A DNA stretch of 64,000 bases from an uncultured Candidatus Rokubacteria bacterium (GTDB taxonomy: Bacteria; Methylomirabilota; Methylomirabilia; Rokubacteriales; DASRDR01). Below the pieces are notes generated by a model. It was not told where the DNA came from and did no database searches. It was given only the letters and a program-made list of their open reading frames with translations. The stretch is taken from positions 416,001-480,000 of the forward strand of contig CAWDVE010000017.1 of NCBI GenBank assembly GCA_963805625.1, given 5' to 3'. This document shows positions 11,364 through 21,172 of this stretch, in pieces; the first letter of the stretch is position 1, and each line of letters opens with the position of its first letter. Position numbers and translations under genes: made by a program.

Positions 11364-11758
11364 GACCGCGCTGTCCGTTGTGGGCCTGCCTCGTCGCCCT
11401 GCTGCTGATCGGCGGTACGGCCGGCGCCGTCGAGGCCGACCGGCCCGAGATCCTGAACGTCGCGATCCCGGGCCGCCTGGTCGCCGGCCAGGCGGGGGCG
11501 GCGCGCATCACGTACCGTGCGCGTCGGGCCAACGTCGTCGCGGTGATCCAGGTCATCGAGGACCTGGACGGCGCTCGGCGGGTAACCTCCCAGCGGGAGG
11601 TCGGCGTCGTCGCCGCCGCGTTCGGCCGCGAGGAGGGCGATCTCGTGCTGGCGCTCGGGTTCGCGACACCGGGCCGGAAACGGGTGGTGTTCACCCTCCT
11701 GACCGACGAGCGCGAGGAAAGCGATCCGGCTCGCATCGAAGTCGACGTCGCCCCGTAA
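11360..11758 (+). CDS. hypothetical secreted beta-rich protein
   Basis: Start overlaps the upstream stop (GTGA); hydrophobic signal peptide ending AGA; high-GC codon usage. Confidence 0.65.
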   Translation: MRPRCPLWACLVALLLIGGTAGAVEADRPEILNVAIPGRLVAGQAGAARITYRARRANVVAVIQVIEDLDGARRVTSQREVGVVAAAFGREEGDLVLALGFATPGRKRVVFTLLTDEREESDPARIEVDVAP

Positions 11759-11780
11759 TCTCGGACGGAGGCCGCCGCGG

Positions 11781-11809
11781 TTGAAAATCGGGAGGGGCGA
11801 GGGGATAAT
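11781..11809 (+). promoter_or_regulatory. sigma70-type promoter of the gcv operon
   Basis: TTGAAA, 17 bp spacer, GATAAT. Confidence 0.55.
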
Positions 11810-11854
11810 AGCGACCGCTTTGCGCACCTCCCGAGGACGAGAGGACCAACCCCG

Positions 11855-12976
11855 ATGACCCAGTCCGAGACCGCGCTGAAACGCACTCCGCTCCACGCGG
11901 CCCACGTTCGTCTGGGCGCCCGGATGATCCCGTTCGGCGGCTGGGACATGCCCGTTCAGTACTCGGGCATCGTGGAGGAGCATCGCGCGGTGCGGAGCGC
12001 CGTGGGCTGCTTCGACGTGAGTCACATGGGGGAGTTCGAGTTCCGTGGACCGGATGCGCTCCGGGTGCTCCAGCGGCTCACGACGAACGACGTCTCGACG
12101 CTCGAGGTGGGTCAGGTCCAGTACTCGCTCCTCTGTTACGAGGACGGCGGGATCGTGGACGACCTGACGCTGTACCGGCTCACCGACGACCACTACATGA
12201 TGACGGTGAATGCCTCCAACATCGACAAGGACTGGGCGTGGGTGAGTCGCCACCTTAGCGATTGGGACGGTCGGGTGGACGCGCGGAACGTGAGCGAGGA
12301 GACGGGGTTGATCGCCGTCCAGGGGCCGCACGCCGAGCGGCTCCTGGGACGTCTGTCGGACGTGGACGTTCCGAGGATCGGCTACTACCACTTCCGTCGT
12401 GGCCGGGTGGCGGGTGTGCCGGGAATCGTCTCCCGCACGGGCTACACGGGGGAGGACGGGTTCGAGCTGTATCTACCGGCCGCCAGCACCGAGGCGGTGT
12501 GGGAGCGGCTCCTGGCCGAGGGCAAGGGGGACGGCGCGGCGCCCATCGGGCTCGGCGCCCGGGACACGCTCCGGCTCGAGATGAAGTACGCACTCTACGG
12601 CAACGACATCGACGAGACCACGAATCCCCTCGAGGCCGGCCTCGGCTGGGTGGTCAAGCCTGCCAAGGGGGAGTTCATCGGCCGGGCCGTCATCGAGAGC
12701 GTCCGCGCGGCGGGGCTCCGACGCCGCCTCGCCGGTTTCGAAATGGTCGAGCGGGCGGTGGCCCGCCACGGCTACCCCATCCTCCACGAGGGCGCGGCCG
12801 TCGGCTTGGTGACCTCGGGCTCCTACGGGCCCTCGGTCGACAAGTACATCGGCATCGGCTACGTACCGGCGGCACTGGCCGCCGTGGGCTCCGCGATCGC
12901 GGTCGAGGTCCGAGGCCGCGGCCAGGCGGCTCGTGTCGTCAAGACCCCATTCCATCCGCCGCGCGTCAAGCGCTAG
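11855..12976 (+). CDS. gcvT: glycine cleavage system aminomethyltransferase T
   Basis: FGGWDMPVQY, FDVSHMGE, SRTGYTGEDGFE, GLGARDTLRLE. Confidence 0.97.
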   Translation: MTQSETALKRTPLHAAHVRLGARMIPFGGWDMPVQYSGIVEEHRAVRSAVGCFDVSHMGEFEFRGPDALRVLQRLTTNDVSTLEVGQVQYSLLCYEDGGIVDDLTLYRLTDDHYMMTVNASNIDKDWAWVSRHLSDWDGRVDARNVSEETGLIAVQGPHAERLLGRLSDVDVPRIGYYHFRRGRVAGVPGIVSRTGYTGEDGFELYLPAASTEAVWERLLAEGKGDGAAPIGLGARDTLRLEMKYALYGNDIDETTNPLEAGLGWVVKPAKGEFIGRAVIESVRAAGLRRRLAGFEMVERAVARHGYPILHEGAAVGLVTSGSYGPSVDKYIGIGYVPAALAAVGSAIAVEVRGRGQAARVVKTPFHPPRVKR

Positions 12977-12985
12977 GAGAGACTG

Positions 12986-13381
12986 ATGGCGACGTATCCG
13001 GCCGAGCTGCGCTACACGCGCGAGCACGAGTGGGCGAAGATCGAGGGCAAGCGTGCCCGCGTGGGTATCACCCACTACGCGCAGGACCAGCTGGGCGATG
13101 TCGTCTTCGTCGAGCTGCCGAAGGTCGGCGCCAAGGTCACGCAGCTCCAGACCTTCGGGGTTGTCGAGTCCGTGAAGGCGGTGTCGGACCTGTTCGCGCC
13201 GCTCTCGGGAGTCGTGGTCGAGGTGAATCAGGAGCTTACGCAGCAGCCGGAGCGGGTCAACCGTGACCCCTACGGTGCCGGCTGGCTCGTCGTCGTCGAG
13301 CTGTCGAATCCCGCCGAGGCGGAGAAGCTGATGAGCGCGCCGCAATACGAGGAGTTCCTCAAGACGGCGGGAGGGCACTGA
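12986..13381 (+). CDS. gcvH: glycine cleavage system H protein
   Basis: YTREHEW, AQDQLGDVVFVELP, lipoyl-Lys motif VESVKAVSD. Confidence 0.97.
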   Translation: MATYPAELRYTREHEWAKIEGKRARVGITHYAQDQLGDVVFVELPKVGAKVTQLQTFGVVESVKAVSDLFAPLSGVVVEVNQELTQQPERVNRDPYGAGWLVVVELSNPAEAEKLMSAPQYEEFLKTAGGH

Positions 13382-13402
13382 GTCGTGCGACACGGCGAGA
13401 CG

Positions 13403-14746
13403 ATGCGCTACCTTTCGACGACCGACGCGCAGCGGGCGGAGATGCTGCGAACCATCGGTGTCGGCGACGTCGAGGCGCTGATCGAGCGGATCCCCTCGAA
13501 GGCGCGGCTCGGCCGGGATCTGGCCATCCCCGCCGCGCTCGCCGAGGGTGACCTGATCGCCCACCTCCGAGTCCTCGCCGAGCGGAACGCCGACGCTGAT
13601 CACTACGTGACGTTTCTCGGGGGTGGCGCCTACGACCACTACATCCCGAGCGTGATCAACCACATGCTCCTCCGCGGCGAGTTCTTCACCGCGTACACGC
13701 CCTATCAGCCCGAGGCGAGCCAGGGGACGCTGCGTTCGATCTACGAGTACCAGACGATGATCTGCGAGCTGACCGGCCTGGACGTCACGAACGCCTCGCT
13801 CTACGACGGCGGGTCCGCGCTGGCGGAAGCCGCCCTCATGGCGCACGGCGTAACGGAGCGGGAGCAGATCGTGGTCTCCGGGGCACTGTCGCCTCTGGCC
13901 CGGCGGGTCGTGGAGACGTACTGCGCGGGGCCGCGTCTCCCGGTGAAGACCGTGGCGTGGGCGGACGGTGTGACGGACCTCGATGCCCTCCGCAAGGCGG
14001 TGACGGGCAAGACCGCGTGCGTCATGGTCCAGTACCCGAACTTCTTCGGGTGCCTGGAGGACCTCGACCAGGCGGCGGCGATCGCCCACGAGCGCGGCGC
14101 CCTGTTCGTCGTGAGCGTGGATCCGGTCGCTCTCGCGCTCCTCCGGCCGCCGGGCGAGGCCGGCGCCGACATCGTGGTCGGCGAGGGTCAGGGGCTGGGG
14201 AACCACCTCAACTTCGGGGGTCCCTACCTCGGCCTGTTCTCCTGCCGGAAGGAGCTCATACGCCGGATGCCCGGCCGCCTGGTCGGGGCCACCGTGGACC
14301 GTGACGGCAAGCGCGGGTTCGTCCTGACGCTCCAGACGCGGGAGCAGCACATCCGCCGCGAGAAGGCCACCTCGAACATCTGCACGAACGTGGCGCTCAT
14401 CGCCTTGGCCGCGACGATCCACATGGCGCTCCTCGGCAAGGAGGGGCTCCGGCGGGCGGCCACCCTGTCCACGGCGAAGGCGCACTACGCCGCGGAGGCG
14501 CTTGGGCGGGTGCCCGGGGTGGGCGCGCGGTTCCCTGCGCCCTTCTTCAAGGAGTTCGCACTCCGGCTGCCGAAGAACCCGGGGACGGTGCTACGCGCCC
14601 TCCGGCGGCGCCGCATCCTGGGCGGCGTCGCGCTCGCCCAGTTCGACCGGAAGCTCAAGGATTCCATCCTCGTCGCGGTGACGGAGCGACGGACCCGGGC
14701 CGAGATCGACGCCTATGCCGAGGCCCTCGCGTCGGCGGTCGCGTGA
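13403..14746 (+). CDS. gcvPA: glycine dehydrogenase subunit 1
   Basis: [32 protein letters not shown]; alternative start at 13385. Confidence 0.95.
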   Translation: MRYLSTTDAQRAEMLRTIGVGDVEALIERIPSKARLGRDLAIPAALAEGDLIAHLRVLAERNADADHYVTFLGGGAYDHYIPSVINHMLLRGEFFTAYTPYQPEASQGTLRSIYEYQTMICELTGLDVTNASLYDGGSALAEAALMAHGVTEREQIVVSGALSPLARRVVETYCAGPRLPVKTVAWADGVTDLDALRKAVTGKTACVMVQYPNFFGCLEDLDQAAAIAHERGALFVVSVDPVALALLRPPGEAGADIVVGEGQGLGNHLNFGGPYLGLFSCRKELIRRMPGRLVGATVDRDGKRGFVLTLQTREQHIRREKATSNICTNVALIALAATIHMALLGKEGLRRAATLSTAKAHYAAEALGRVPGVGARFPAPFFKEFALRLPKNPGTVLRALRRRRILGGVALAQFDRKLKDSILVAVTERRTRAEIDAYAEALASAVA

Positions 14747-14757
14747 AGGGGACGACG

Positions 14758-16227
14758 ATGAACGAGTACGACGGGCTGGTCTTCGAGCAGTCGGTGCCGG
14801 GCCGCGTCGGCTATTCACTGCCGGAGGCGGACGTCCCGGAGGCCGATCCCGCGCGCCTCCTGCCGGCGACGCACCTCCGGCGCCGGCTCGCGGCCCTGCC
14901 CGAGGTCAGCGAGTTCGACGCCGTGCGCCACTACACGCGCCTGAGCCGCATGAACTATGGGGTGGACACGCATTTCTACCCTCTCGGCTCCTGCACCATG
15001 AAGTACAACCCCAAGATCAACGAGGACATGGCCCGCCTGCCGGGCTTCGCGCGGCTCCATCCCCTCACGCCCGAGGACGCCTCACAGGGGGCGCTCCAGC
15101 TCATGGGCGAGCTCGGCGAGATCCTGGCCGAGATCGTCGGGATGGACGCCGTCTCGCTCCAGCCGGCGGCCGGAGCGCAGGGTGAGCTGACGGGGGTCCT
15201 GATGATCCGGGCATTTCACCTGGATCGGGAGGGGAGCCCGCGGAAGAAGGTCCTCGTCCCGGACTCGGCTCACGGCACGAATCCCGCGTCCACCGCGATC
15301 GCCGGCTACCAGACGGTGCAGATCAAGTCCGACGCCAACGGCGAGGTGGACCTCCTCGACCTCGAGCGGAACCTCGACGAGGATGTCGCCGCGCTGATGA
15401 TCACCGTGCCCAACACGCTCGGGCTTTTCGAGTCTCGCATCCTCGAGGCGACGGCACTGTGTCACGCCAAGGGTGCCCAGGTCTACATGGACGGGGCGAA
15501 CCTGAACGCGCTGCTCGGCCTCACGCGGTCGGGCGACCTCGGGTTCGACGTGGTCCACATGAACCTCCACAAGACGTTCACCACGCCGCACGGTGGCGGG
15601 GGGCCCGGAGCCGGGCCGGTCGCGTTCAAGGCCCACCTGGCGCCCTTCATGCCCACTCCCGTGGTGACCCGCGACGCCGATGCGTGGCGACTGGACTGGA
15701 AGCGGCCGAAATCCATCGGCAAGATGCAGTCGTTCTGGGGCAACTTCGGGATGCACGTCCGGGCGTACACGTACATCCGCACGATGGGGCCGGATGGGCT
15801 CCGGGCGGTCTCGGAGAACGCGATCCTCAACGCCAACTACATCCGGGCTCGTCTCCTGCCGCACTACGACCTACCCTACGAGGGCGCCTCGATGCACGAG
15901 GTCGTCTTCTCCGCCCGTCGCCAAAAGGCGCAAGGTATCTCGGCCACGGACATCGCCAAGCGGCTGCTCGATCTCGGCTTCTACGCTCCCTCGATCTATT
16001 TCCCGCTCATCGTCGAGGAGGCGATGATGATCGAGCCCACCGAGACGGAGTCCAAGGAGACGCTCGACCAGTTCTGCGACGCGATGATCCGGATCGCCGG
16101 AGAGGCCGCGTCGAGCCCGAGCACGCTCCTGGAGGCGCCGGTGACGACGCCGGTACGGCGGCTCGACCAGACTCAGGCGGCGCGGCAGCCAAACCTTCGG
16201 TGGACGCCGCGGGAGCCGGCTCCCTGA
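14758..16227 (+). CDS. gcvPB: glycine dehydrogenase subunit 2
   Basis: [16 protein letters not shown]-Lys motif [18 protein letters not shown]; alternative start at 14743. Confidence 0.95.
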   Translation: MNEYDGLVFEQSVPGRVGYSLPEADVPEADPARLLPATHLRRRLAALPEVSEFDAVRHYTRLSRMNYGVDTHFYPLGSCTMKYNPKINEDMARLPGFARLHPLTPEDASQGALQLMGELGEILAEIVGMDAVSLQPAAGAQGELTGVLMIRAFHLDREGSPRKKVLVPDSAHGTNPASTAIAGYQTVQIKSDANGEVDLLDLERNLDEDVAALMITVPNTLGLFESRILEATALCHAKGAQVYMDGANLNALLGLTRSGDLGFDVVHMNLHKTFTTPHGGGGPGAGPVAFKAHLAPFMPTPVVTRDADAWRLDWKRPKSIGKMQSFWGNFGMHVRAYTYIRTMGPDGLRAVSENAILNANYIRARLLPHYDLPYEGASMHEVVFSARRQKAQGISATDIAKRLLDLGFYAPSIYFPLIVEEAMMIEPTETESKETLDQFCDAMIRIAGEAASSPSTLLEAPVTTPVRRLDQTQAARQPNLRWTPREPAP

Positions 16228-16288
16228 GTAGGGCGGCCGCGCGTCGCGTCGACGCGCCAAGACCTCCGACCGCCGGCACCTGAGCGCG

Positions 16289-17146
16289 ATGCCCAGAGGC
16301 CTAGGCTGGCGCCTCCTGGTCACGGAGCCCCTCGACGGGGCGACGAACATGGCGCTGGACGAGGCCCTCCTCCGCGGCAGGATCCGGGCGTCGGGCGCGC
16401 CCACGGTGCGGTTCTACGGCTGGCGCCCCGCCACCGTGTCCCTGGGCTACGCGCAGCCGCTCGACGAGACGGTGGACCGGGCGCGGTGCCGCGCGATGGG
16501 CATCGGCCTCGTGCGGCGCCCCACCGGTGGCAGTGCGATTCTCCACGAGCCGCCGGAACGCGAGGTCACGTACAGCGTCGTCGCCCGGGAAGGCGACTTT
16601 CCGGGCGCGGACGACGTGCTCGCGACCTACCGCATTCTCGGTCAGGGGTTCGCCGCCGGGCTCGGGCGACTGGGCGTGGCGGCCGACCTGGTGCCGCTCG
16701 TCCGGGGCCGACGGGACGGATCGCCGGCGTTCTGCTTCCGTCGTGCGGGGGCATACGAGATCGCCGTCAGAGGCCGGAAGCTCGTCGGCAGTGCCCAGCG
16801 CCGGCAGCGCGGCTCGTTCCTCCAGCACGGGTCCGTCCTCCTCGGCGCGGACCCGGCCCGGATCCGCGCGGCCTTCCCGCGCGAGGTGGATCCCACGTCA
16901 GGGATGACCACGCTCGCCGACGAGCTGGGGCGCTCCCCAGGCTTCGATGCGGTCGTGGAGGCCCTCGCCGCGGGACTCGCGGAGGCGCTTGGTGTCCCGC
17001 TCGTGCCGGCGGGGCTGTCGCCGGACGAGAGCGCGCTCGTGGAATCGCTCGTCGCGGGCAAGTACGGCACGGAAGCCTGGACGGTAGACGGGCGGCTGCC
17101 GGAAGGTGTCGGGGCTGCCGGGACGCCGGCGGGCGCGATCTCCTGA
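16289..17146 (+). CDS. lipoate-protein ligase / octanoyltransferase (LplA/LipM family)
   Basis: NMALDEALL, RRPTGG, RKLVGSAQRR, LQHGS; sits in the gcv operon. Confidence 0.9.
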   Translation: MPRGLGWRLLVTEPLDGATNMALDEALLRGRIRASGAPTVRFYGWRPATVSLGYAQPLDETVDRARCRAMGIGLVRRPTGGSAILHEPPEREVTYSVVAREGDFPGADDVLATYRILGQGFAAGLGRLGVAADLVPLVRGRRDGSPAFCFRRAGAYEIAVRGRKLVGSAQRRQRGSFLQHGSVLLGADPARIRAAFPREVDPTSGMTTLADELGRSPGFDAVVEALAAGLAEALGVPLVPAGLSPDESALVESLVAGKYGTEAWTVDGRLPEGVGAAGTPAGAIS

Positions 17147-17165
17147 GAGGCGCGGCCCCGATCGC

Positions 17166-17615
17166 GTGCGGGAGTATCCGGCTGCGCCGCTGGTGGGGGT
17201 TGGCGCCGTCGTCGTCGACGGTGGCCGCGTGCTCCTCGTCCAGCGCGGTCAGCCGCCGGCGCTCGGGCGCTGGAGCCTTCCGGGCGGCCTCGTCGATGTG
17301 GGCGAGCCGCTCGAGGCGGCGGTTCGTCGCGAGGTGGCCGAGGAGTGCGGCCTCGCCGTGGACGTTCACGACCTGGTGGGGGTGGTCGACCGGATCATCC
17401 GGGATGCCGGCGGCCGGGTCCGTTACCACTACGTGTTGCTGGACTATCTTGCCACCCCGACGGCCGGGTGCGCCGAGGCGGGTTCGGATGCGCTCGCGGT
17501 CCAGTGGTGCGAGCCGGACGCGCTCGGCGCGCTGGACGTGACGGAGGGGGTCGAATCCATGGTGCGCCGAGCCTTCGCCCTCGAGGCGGAGCGTCGGCGG
17601 GAGGAGCAAGGATGA
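17166..17615 (+). CDS. NUDIX hydrolase
   Basis: Nudix box GGLVDVGEPLEAAVRREVAEECG. Confidence 0.9.
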   Translation: MREYPAAPLVGVGAVVVDGGRVLLVQRGQPPALGRWSLPGGLVDVGEPLEAAVRREVAEECGLAVDVHDLVGVVDRIIRDAGGRVRYHYVLLDYLATPTAGCAEAGSDALAVQWCEPDALGALDVTEGVESMVRRAFALEAERRREEQG

Positions 17616-19120
17616 AGCTCGACGTCCGCGCGAAGTCCCCGGTCGAAACTCCCGGGGATGCCCTGGTCCTGGAGTGCTATTCCGGGGCAGACCGGTTCGG
17701 GCCCGAGATGCGCCGCGTCGATCTCGCCTTGGGAGGCCTCCTCACGCTGGCCCTTCGCGACCAGCGGTTCGAAGGCCGCGCGGCCGAGGTCGCGGACCTC
17801 CACACCGGAGGACGGCTTCCCGTCAAGCGAGTCCTGGTCGTCGGGCTCGGACCGCGCGCAGAGTGCACGGCCGAGGTGCTGCGGCGCGCGGCCGCCACCG
17901 GGGCGCGCCGGGCCCGCGATCTCGGGGCCGCGAGCCTCGTGATCCCGGTGCTCGGCACGCGGGCGCCGGCGCTGGGGTTGGCTCTCCGGGCCCAAGCGAC
18001 CGGTGAGGGGGTGCTGCTGGGTCTCTACAGCTTCAACCGCTACAAGGAGAAGCGGAACGGCGACCGGGCGGTCGCGGGTGTGTCCCTCCTCGTGCCGGCG
18101 GTACGGGACCGGGCGCCGGCGCGGGAGGGGTTTCGCCGTGCCGAGCTGTCCGCCGAGGCGACCTGCTTCGCCCGCGACCTGATCAACGAGCCGGCGAACA
18201 GCGTGACGGCCTCGGCGCTCGCGGAAATCGCGCGGGCCATCGCGCGCGAGGCCGGGCTGCGCCTCCGGGTGCTCGACCGCGCGGCGTGCGAGAAGTTGGG
18301 AATGGGCGCGTTCCTGGGCGTGAACCGCGGGAGCGTGGAGCCGCCCCAGTTCATCCACCTCGCGTACGTGCCGCGGCGGCCGGCTCGCCGTCGGCTCGCC
18401 CTGATCGGCAAGGGCATCACCTTCGACTCGGGGGGGCTCGATCTCAAGACGGCCGAGGGCATGGAGCGCATGAAGGGCGACATGTCGGGGGCGGCGGCGG
18501 TCCTCGGCGTGCTCAAGGTGCTGCCGCGGCTCAGGCCCGCCATCGAGGTGCACGGTCTCGTCGCGGCGACCGACAACATGCCGTCCGGCTCCGCCACCAA
18601 GCCGGGCGATGTGCTGCGCGCGATGAACGGCAAGACGATCGAGGTCAACAACACCGACGCCGAGGGGCGCCTGACGCTGGCGGACGCGATCGCCTACGCC
18701 CGGAAGGAGATCAAGCCGCACGAGATCGTCGACATCGCCACGCTGACCGGAGCGTGTTCCATCGCGCTGGGCAGCCTCTGCGCCGGTGCCATGTCGAACA
18801 ACGCCGCGCTCCAGTCGCGGGTGCTGGCGGCGGGCGCGCGGGTCGGGGAGCGCCTGTGGCCCCTCCCGCTCATCGACGAGTATCACGAAGGCTTGCGAAG
18901 CGAGGTGGCGGACCTCCGGAACACCGGGCCCCGCCCGGGCGGCGCGATCACGGCCGGGCTCTTCATCCGCGAGTTCGCCGGTGACACGCCGTGGGTGCAC
19001 CTCGACATCGCCGGCGTCGCCTTCACCGACAAGGACCTCCCGTACGCGTCGAAGGGCGGCGTCGGGTTCGGCGCGCGCACCCTCATCGAGTACGTGCTCG
19101 GCGCTGCCGGGCGGGGGTGA
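17612..19120 (+). CDS. pepA: leucyl aminopeptidase (M17)
   Basis: GKGITFDSGG, MKGDMSG, NTDAEGRL, WVHLDIAG. Confidence 0.95.
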   Translation: MKLDVRAKSPVETPGDALVLECYSGADRFGPEMRRVDLALGGLLTLALRDQRFEGRAAEVADLHTGGRLPVKRVLVVGLGPRAECTAEVLRRAAATGARRARDLGAASLVIPVLGTRAPALGLALRAQATGEGVLLGLYSFNRYKEKRNGDRAVAGVSLLVPAVRDRAPAREGFRRAELSAEATCFARDLINEPANSVTASALAEIARAIAREAGLRLRVLDRAACEKLGMGAFLGVNRGSVEPPQFIHLAYVPRRPARRRLALIGKGITFDSGGLDLKTAEGMERMKGDMSGAAAVLGVLKVLPRLRPAIEVHGLVAATDNMPSGSATKPGDVLRAMNGKTIEVNNTDAEGRLTLADAIAYARKEIKPHEIVDIATLTGACSIALGSLCAGAMSNNAALQSRVLAAGARVGERLWPLPLIDEYHEGLRSEVADLRNTGPRPGGAITAGLFIREFAGDTPWVHLDIAGVAFTDKDLPYASKGGVGFGARTLIEYVLGAAGRG

Positions 19121-19132
19121 GACGACGGTTCG

Positions 19133-19960
19133 GTGAGCGGCATCGACCTCCACACGCACACGACGGCCTCGGATGGCACGTACGCGCCTGCCGAGCTGGT
19201 CCGCGAGGCCGTCCGGCGCGGCGTGAGAGTCCTCGCGGTGACGGACCATGACTCGGTCGATGCCGTGGTGCCGGCCCTCCTGGCTGCCCAGGACCATCCG
19301 CCGCTCGAGATCGTGCCGGGTATCGAGATCAACACGGACGACCCAGGGGGCGAGATCCACATACTCGGCTACTTCGTCGACCATGAAGCCCTCTGGCTGC
19401 TCGACCTCCTGCGGGAGTTCAGAGCCGAGCGGGCGGCGCGGGTGCACCGCATCGTGGACCGGCTGACGGCGCTGGGTCACCCGATCGACGCCGAGGAGGT
19501 GTTTGCACTGGTCCGGGAGGGCTCGGCCGGCCGGCCGCACGTCGCGCAGGTCATGGTCCGACGCGGCTACGTCGGCACCGTCCGCGAGGCCTTCGACCGC
19601 TTCCTGGCGGCGGGGAAGGCGGCGTACGTCCCCCACCGGAAGGTCGCTCCCCGTGAGGCGTGCGAGATCATCCGCCGGGCGGGCGGGCTGGCGGTTGTGG
19701 CGCACCCGGGATTCCACGAGGACCCCGAGCATATGATCCGGGAGCTTGCCGGCACGGGCCTCCTCGACGGCGTCGAGTGCTACTACGCCGAGCACTCCCC
19801 GGAGCAGACGGCGCAGTTCCTGGGTCTCTGCCGGGAGCTGAGCCTCGCGCCCACGGGCGGATCCGACTTCCACGGACCTCGCGTCCGGGCCGCGACGCTA
19901 GGCCTGCCTCCCGTTCCCTGGGAGGCCTGGAAGGCGCTTCGCCGCCGCGCCGGACGCTGA
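19133..19960 (+). CDS. PHP-domain metal-dependent phosphoesterase (TrpH/YciV-like)
   Basis: DLHTHTTASDG, TDHD, GRPH, AHP, GGSDFHG. Confidence 0.9.
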   Translation: MSGIDLHTHTTASDGTYAPAELVREAVRRGVRVLAVTDHDSVDAVVPALLAAQDHPPLEIVPGIEINTDDPGGEIHILGYFVDHEALWLLDLLREFRAERAARVHRIVDRLTALGHPIDAEEVFALVREGSAGRPHVAQVMVRRGYVGTVREAFDRFLAAGKAAYVPHRKVAPREACEIIRRAGGLAVVAHPGFHEDPEHMIRELAGTGLLDGVECYYAEHSPEQTAQFLGLCRELSLAPTGGSDFHGPRVRAATLGLPPVPWEAWKALRRRAGR

Positions 19961-20066
19961 CGCCGTCCTGGCCGCGGGGCGCGCTCCGAGCTGCCGGGTC
20001 CCCGCCGCCGCCCTGCGCCCCGGAGCTGGGAGGCGGCGGCGAGGCGTCCGGCAGGTAAGCGCGCCA

Positions 20067-20859
20067 GTGTGGCGGCTGCGTCGACCCGCGCGGACCCGGC
20101 GCAGTGCGATCGCCGTCATCGTCGCGACCCTCGCGGTGGCGATGATGTGGCTGCGGCCCCGTGGAGCTATCCGTCGCATCGCCGACCCGGAGGTGGTTGC
20201 CGTCGTCGGCCCCCAGACGAGTGGCGAAGGACGCGCGGTCGCGGCGCTCCTGAGCCGGGCCGACCTGGCCACGATCACCCCGAGCGCGACGACCTTCGAC
20301 ATCACCGACCCCGAAATGAGGGACCAGCGCCCCGGCGGCCGGGCCGTCTACTTCCGGACCGTGGGGACGGACCTGGCGCAGGGCCGAGCCATGGCGCGCT
20401 TCGCGCACGACCGCCTCGGAGTGCGGCGAATCGTCCTGATCGACGACGGAACCGATTTCGCTGTGCGGATGGTCCTGACGCTCGCGCGCCAGGCCGGCGA
20501 CCTCGGCATGACGGTGCTCGCCCGGAAGCAGATCCCCTGGACCGAAGGCGACTACCGGCCCCAGCTCCGCGCTCGATCCGGAGGCCTCGGCTGGAGCCAG
20601 AACAAGTGGTACGTCGAGCAGTACCTCCGCCGTCACCCTGACGCCCTCTTCGAGCCAGATGGACCGTAGGCGGGCACGATCTTCGTCTCGGTCAACAAGT
20701 ACGTCGGGCTGTGATGCGCGGAGAGGTACCGCTGGCTTCGGGAGAACTTCGAGCCCGTCGGGCACATCGCCACGGGCACCTGGTCTTCCGGGTACCCTCG
20801 AGGCGCTCCTGCGGGTGACCGACCCTCTGCCGGCCGACTCGGGGGACAAGGAGAACTGA
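20067..20859 (+). pseudogene. chimeric remnant: internal fragment of a Liv-type binding protein joined to a probable glycosyltransferase C-terminus
   Basis: VVGPQTSG..YFRTVGTDLAQG (LivK-like, truncated), then GWSQNKWYVEQY..*..*..YRWLRENFEPVGHIA with in-frame stops at 20667-20669 and 20712-20714. Confidence 0.55.
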
Positions 20860-20946
20860 CCGGGCGCTCGCGGAGTGCGCACCCGACCTTCCGGCCCCGG
20901 TCAAGCATCCCGCCTCCCTGCCGCGGCAGGTCTGCCGCGGCAGGTC

Positions 20947-20975
20947 TTGACAGGATCCCGGTCAGCCCCTATCGT
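20947..20975 (+). promoter_or_regulatory. sigma70-type promoter of the aroF leader
   Basis: TTGACA, 17 bp spacer, TATCGT. Confidence 0.7.
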
Positions 20976-20985
20976 GCGAGGCGTC

Positions 20986-21066
20986 ATGCAGGTGCGGGAC
21001 GCGGGCCAGACGGGCTTTTTTGGCCACTACTTTAGCTACCGTCTGCCCGGCGGCCCCATGCCGTAG
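20986..21066 (+). CDS. Phe/Tyr-rich attenuator leader peptide ([26 protein letters not shown])
   Basis: 26-aa ORF just after the promoter; 5 Phe/Tyr in 8 codons; followed by mutually exclusive hairpins and then aroF. Confidence 0.8.
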   Translation: MQVRDAGQTGFFGHYFSYRLPGGPMP

Positions 21067-21083
21067 CGCGAACCGAACAACAC

Positions 21084-21132
21084 AGGGGCCACGGGCGGAC
21101 GGACCCGCCACTCGTGGCCCCTTTTGCTTTTT
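21084..21132 (+). terminator. attenuator terminator (3:4 hairpin) upstream of aroF
   Basis: AGGGGCCACG-GGCGG/CCGCC-CGTGGCCCCT stem followed by TTTTGCTTTTT. Confidence 0.8.
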
Positions 21133-21172
21133 CGGGCACGCGCCGGGTTCGGACCGCCGGGAGGGAATCGAG

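Noticed and set aside
11759-11854. Glycine riboswitch upstream of gcvT
   Set aside because: The predicted 5' UTR is only ~40 nt and the conserved aptamer motifs are absent.
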